Part shown: one piece after another, positions 62,936 to 64,000 of the stretch
Layout: every line of letters starts with the position of its first letter
Position numbering within the stretch: position 1 is the stretch's first letter
From: Eledone cirrhosa
Taxonomy: Eukaryota
DNA length: 64,000 nt
NCBI GenBank assembly: GCA_964016885.1
Contig: OZ024751.1
Location: forward strand, 26,660,001-26,724,000
Direction: 5' to 3'
Program-made: the position numbers and the translations under genes
The notes under the pieces: generated by a model
The model's database searches: none
Told to the model about the DNA's origin: nothing
Seen by the model: only the letters and a program-made list of their open reading frames with translations

Positions 62936-64000
62936 TTTTTGAATGCAAGTTTCCTCATCTGAAAACGTGTGTTGAAACATATTGTTATACTTTAGGAGGA
63001 CCATGCTGCCAATAAAAACACACGCACCTGTTGGTTTTCACTTTAATTTATTACAAATTTGCGGTTGATTGGTTGGTTCGAAAACCAGGTAGTTTTTTTA
63101 TATATTGTCAAAGCTCTTTCGTCACACATTCTGTGACCTCCTCACTGACTGGGTTTTTATTTTGTGTTGCTCTCCTTTGTTCTGTCCTACACCATCTTGT
63201 TTTTGTGTGTTGTGTGTTTAGTTTGCGCATGTGTTACATCCGGGGAGGGGGGGGGGGGTGTATGTTTTTATTTATTTATGTATTTATTTACTTGTCACTA
63301 GTTGGTTGTTTGTTCTATCTGTGTGTGTCTGATTTGTTTTGTTAGTTTGGTTTTTGTGTGTGTCTGCATGTCTTCATTTTGTCCTTAATTACTAGTTGTG
63401 ATGTTGCTATTCCACTCATGTTTTCTGTTTAATTTTCGTTGGAGTTCGCTTATATTTGTTGCCTCTGTGATTTGTCTGAGCATTACATCTTTTCTGTGTG
63501 TATAATTTTTATCTCTATCTTCTCCAGTGTGCCCCTATGTTCTATTTTGGCATGTTGATGGAGTACTGATGAGTTTTTCCCATCCTGAAGTTCTCGCCAG
63601 TGTTCACTTTTCTCAATTCAGTTGGCTAAACATTACTTGAACCTGAAATTGAAAGGGTAGCCTTAGGACACACTGTATCATGCCGAATCTCCCTGAGAAC
63701 TACGCTAATGGTAACACGTGTCAGTGGAATGTTCAGCCACGTGCGCGTTTATTTCACGAGCAGACCTTTCCATTGTTCGTACCACCGGAACACTTCCCCG
63801 TTAACCTAATTATTCGTTGTTGTTCGTTAATCGTTGTTGTTCGTTTAGGGTTGAAATTCCCCATTATCGGAATAGAATTGTTCTCTACAGAACAAGATAT
63901 CGTAGACTAACGTAGACTAACGCAGATTAACGTAGATTAGTTATTGTAAGATTAGTAACACCTGGTTTGTTTGTTTCGCTACTTTAATAGTTTCTAGAGA

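Overview
AT-rich eukaryotic non-coding DNA dense in microsatellites ((TA)n, (CA)n, (GA)n, (TATG)n, (TAG)n, (TGG)n). The SINE families and repeat make-up suggest an octopod cephalopod (inference from recalled repeat sequences). No intact host gene is supported, and nearly all listed ORFs are translations of simple repeats. Recognisable transposon debris: tRNA-headed SINEs, RTE and R4/Dong-type LINE remnants, Helitron ends, a hAT MITE with an 8-bp TSD, and a Charlie/Buster transposase remnant bordering a 2-kb 31-bp minisatellite. The most interesting signal is several unrelated families of 150-400-bp elements embedded in (TA)n tracts. They carry type I hammerhead ribozyme motifs (some canonical, some with core variants), are usually folded back into inverted repeats centred on the ribozyme core or stem II, and share a short TTGAGTRC-like tail motif. 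They most resemble derivatives of Penelope-like element (PLE) pseudo-LTRs. All calls were made by eye, without computation.
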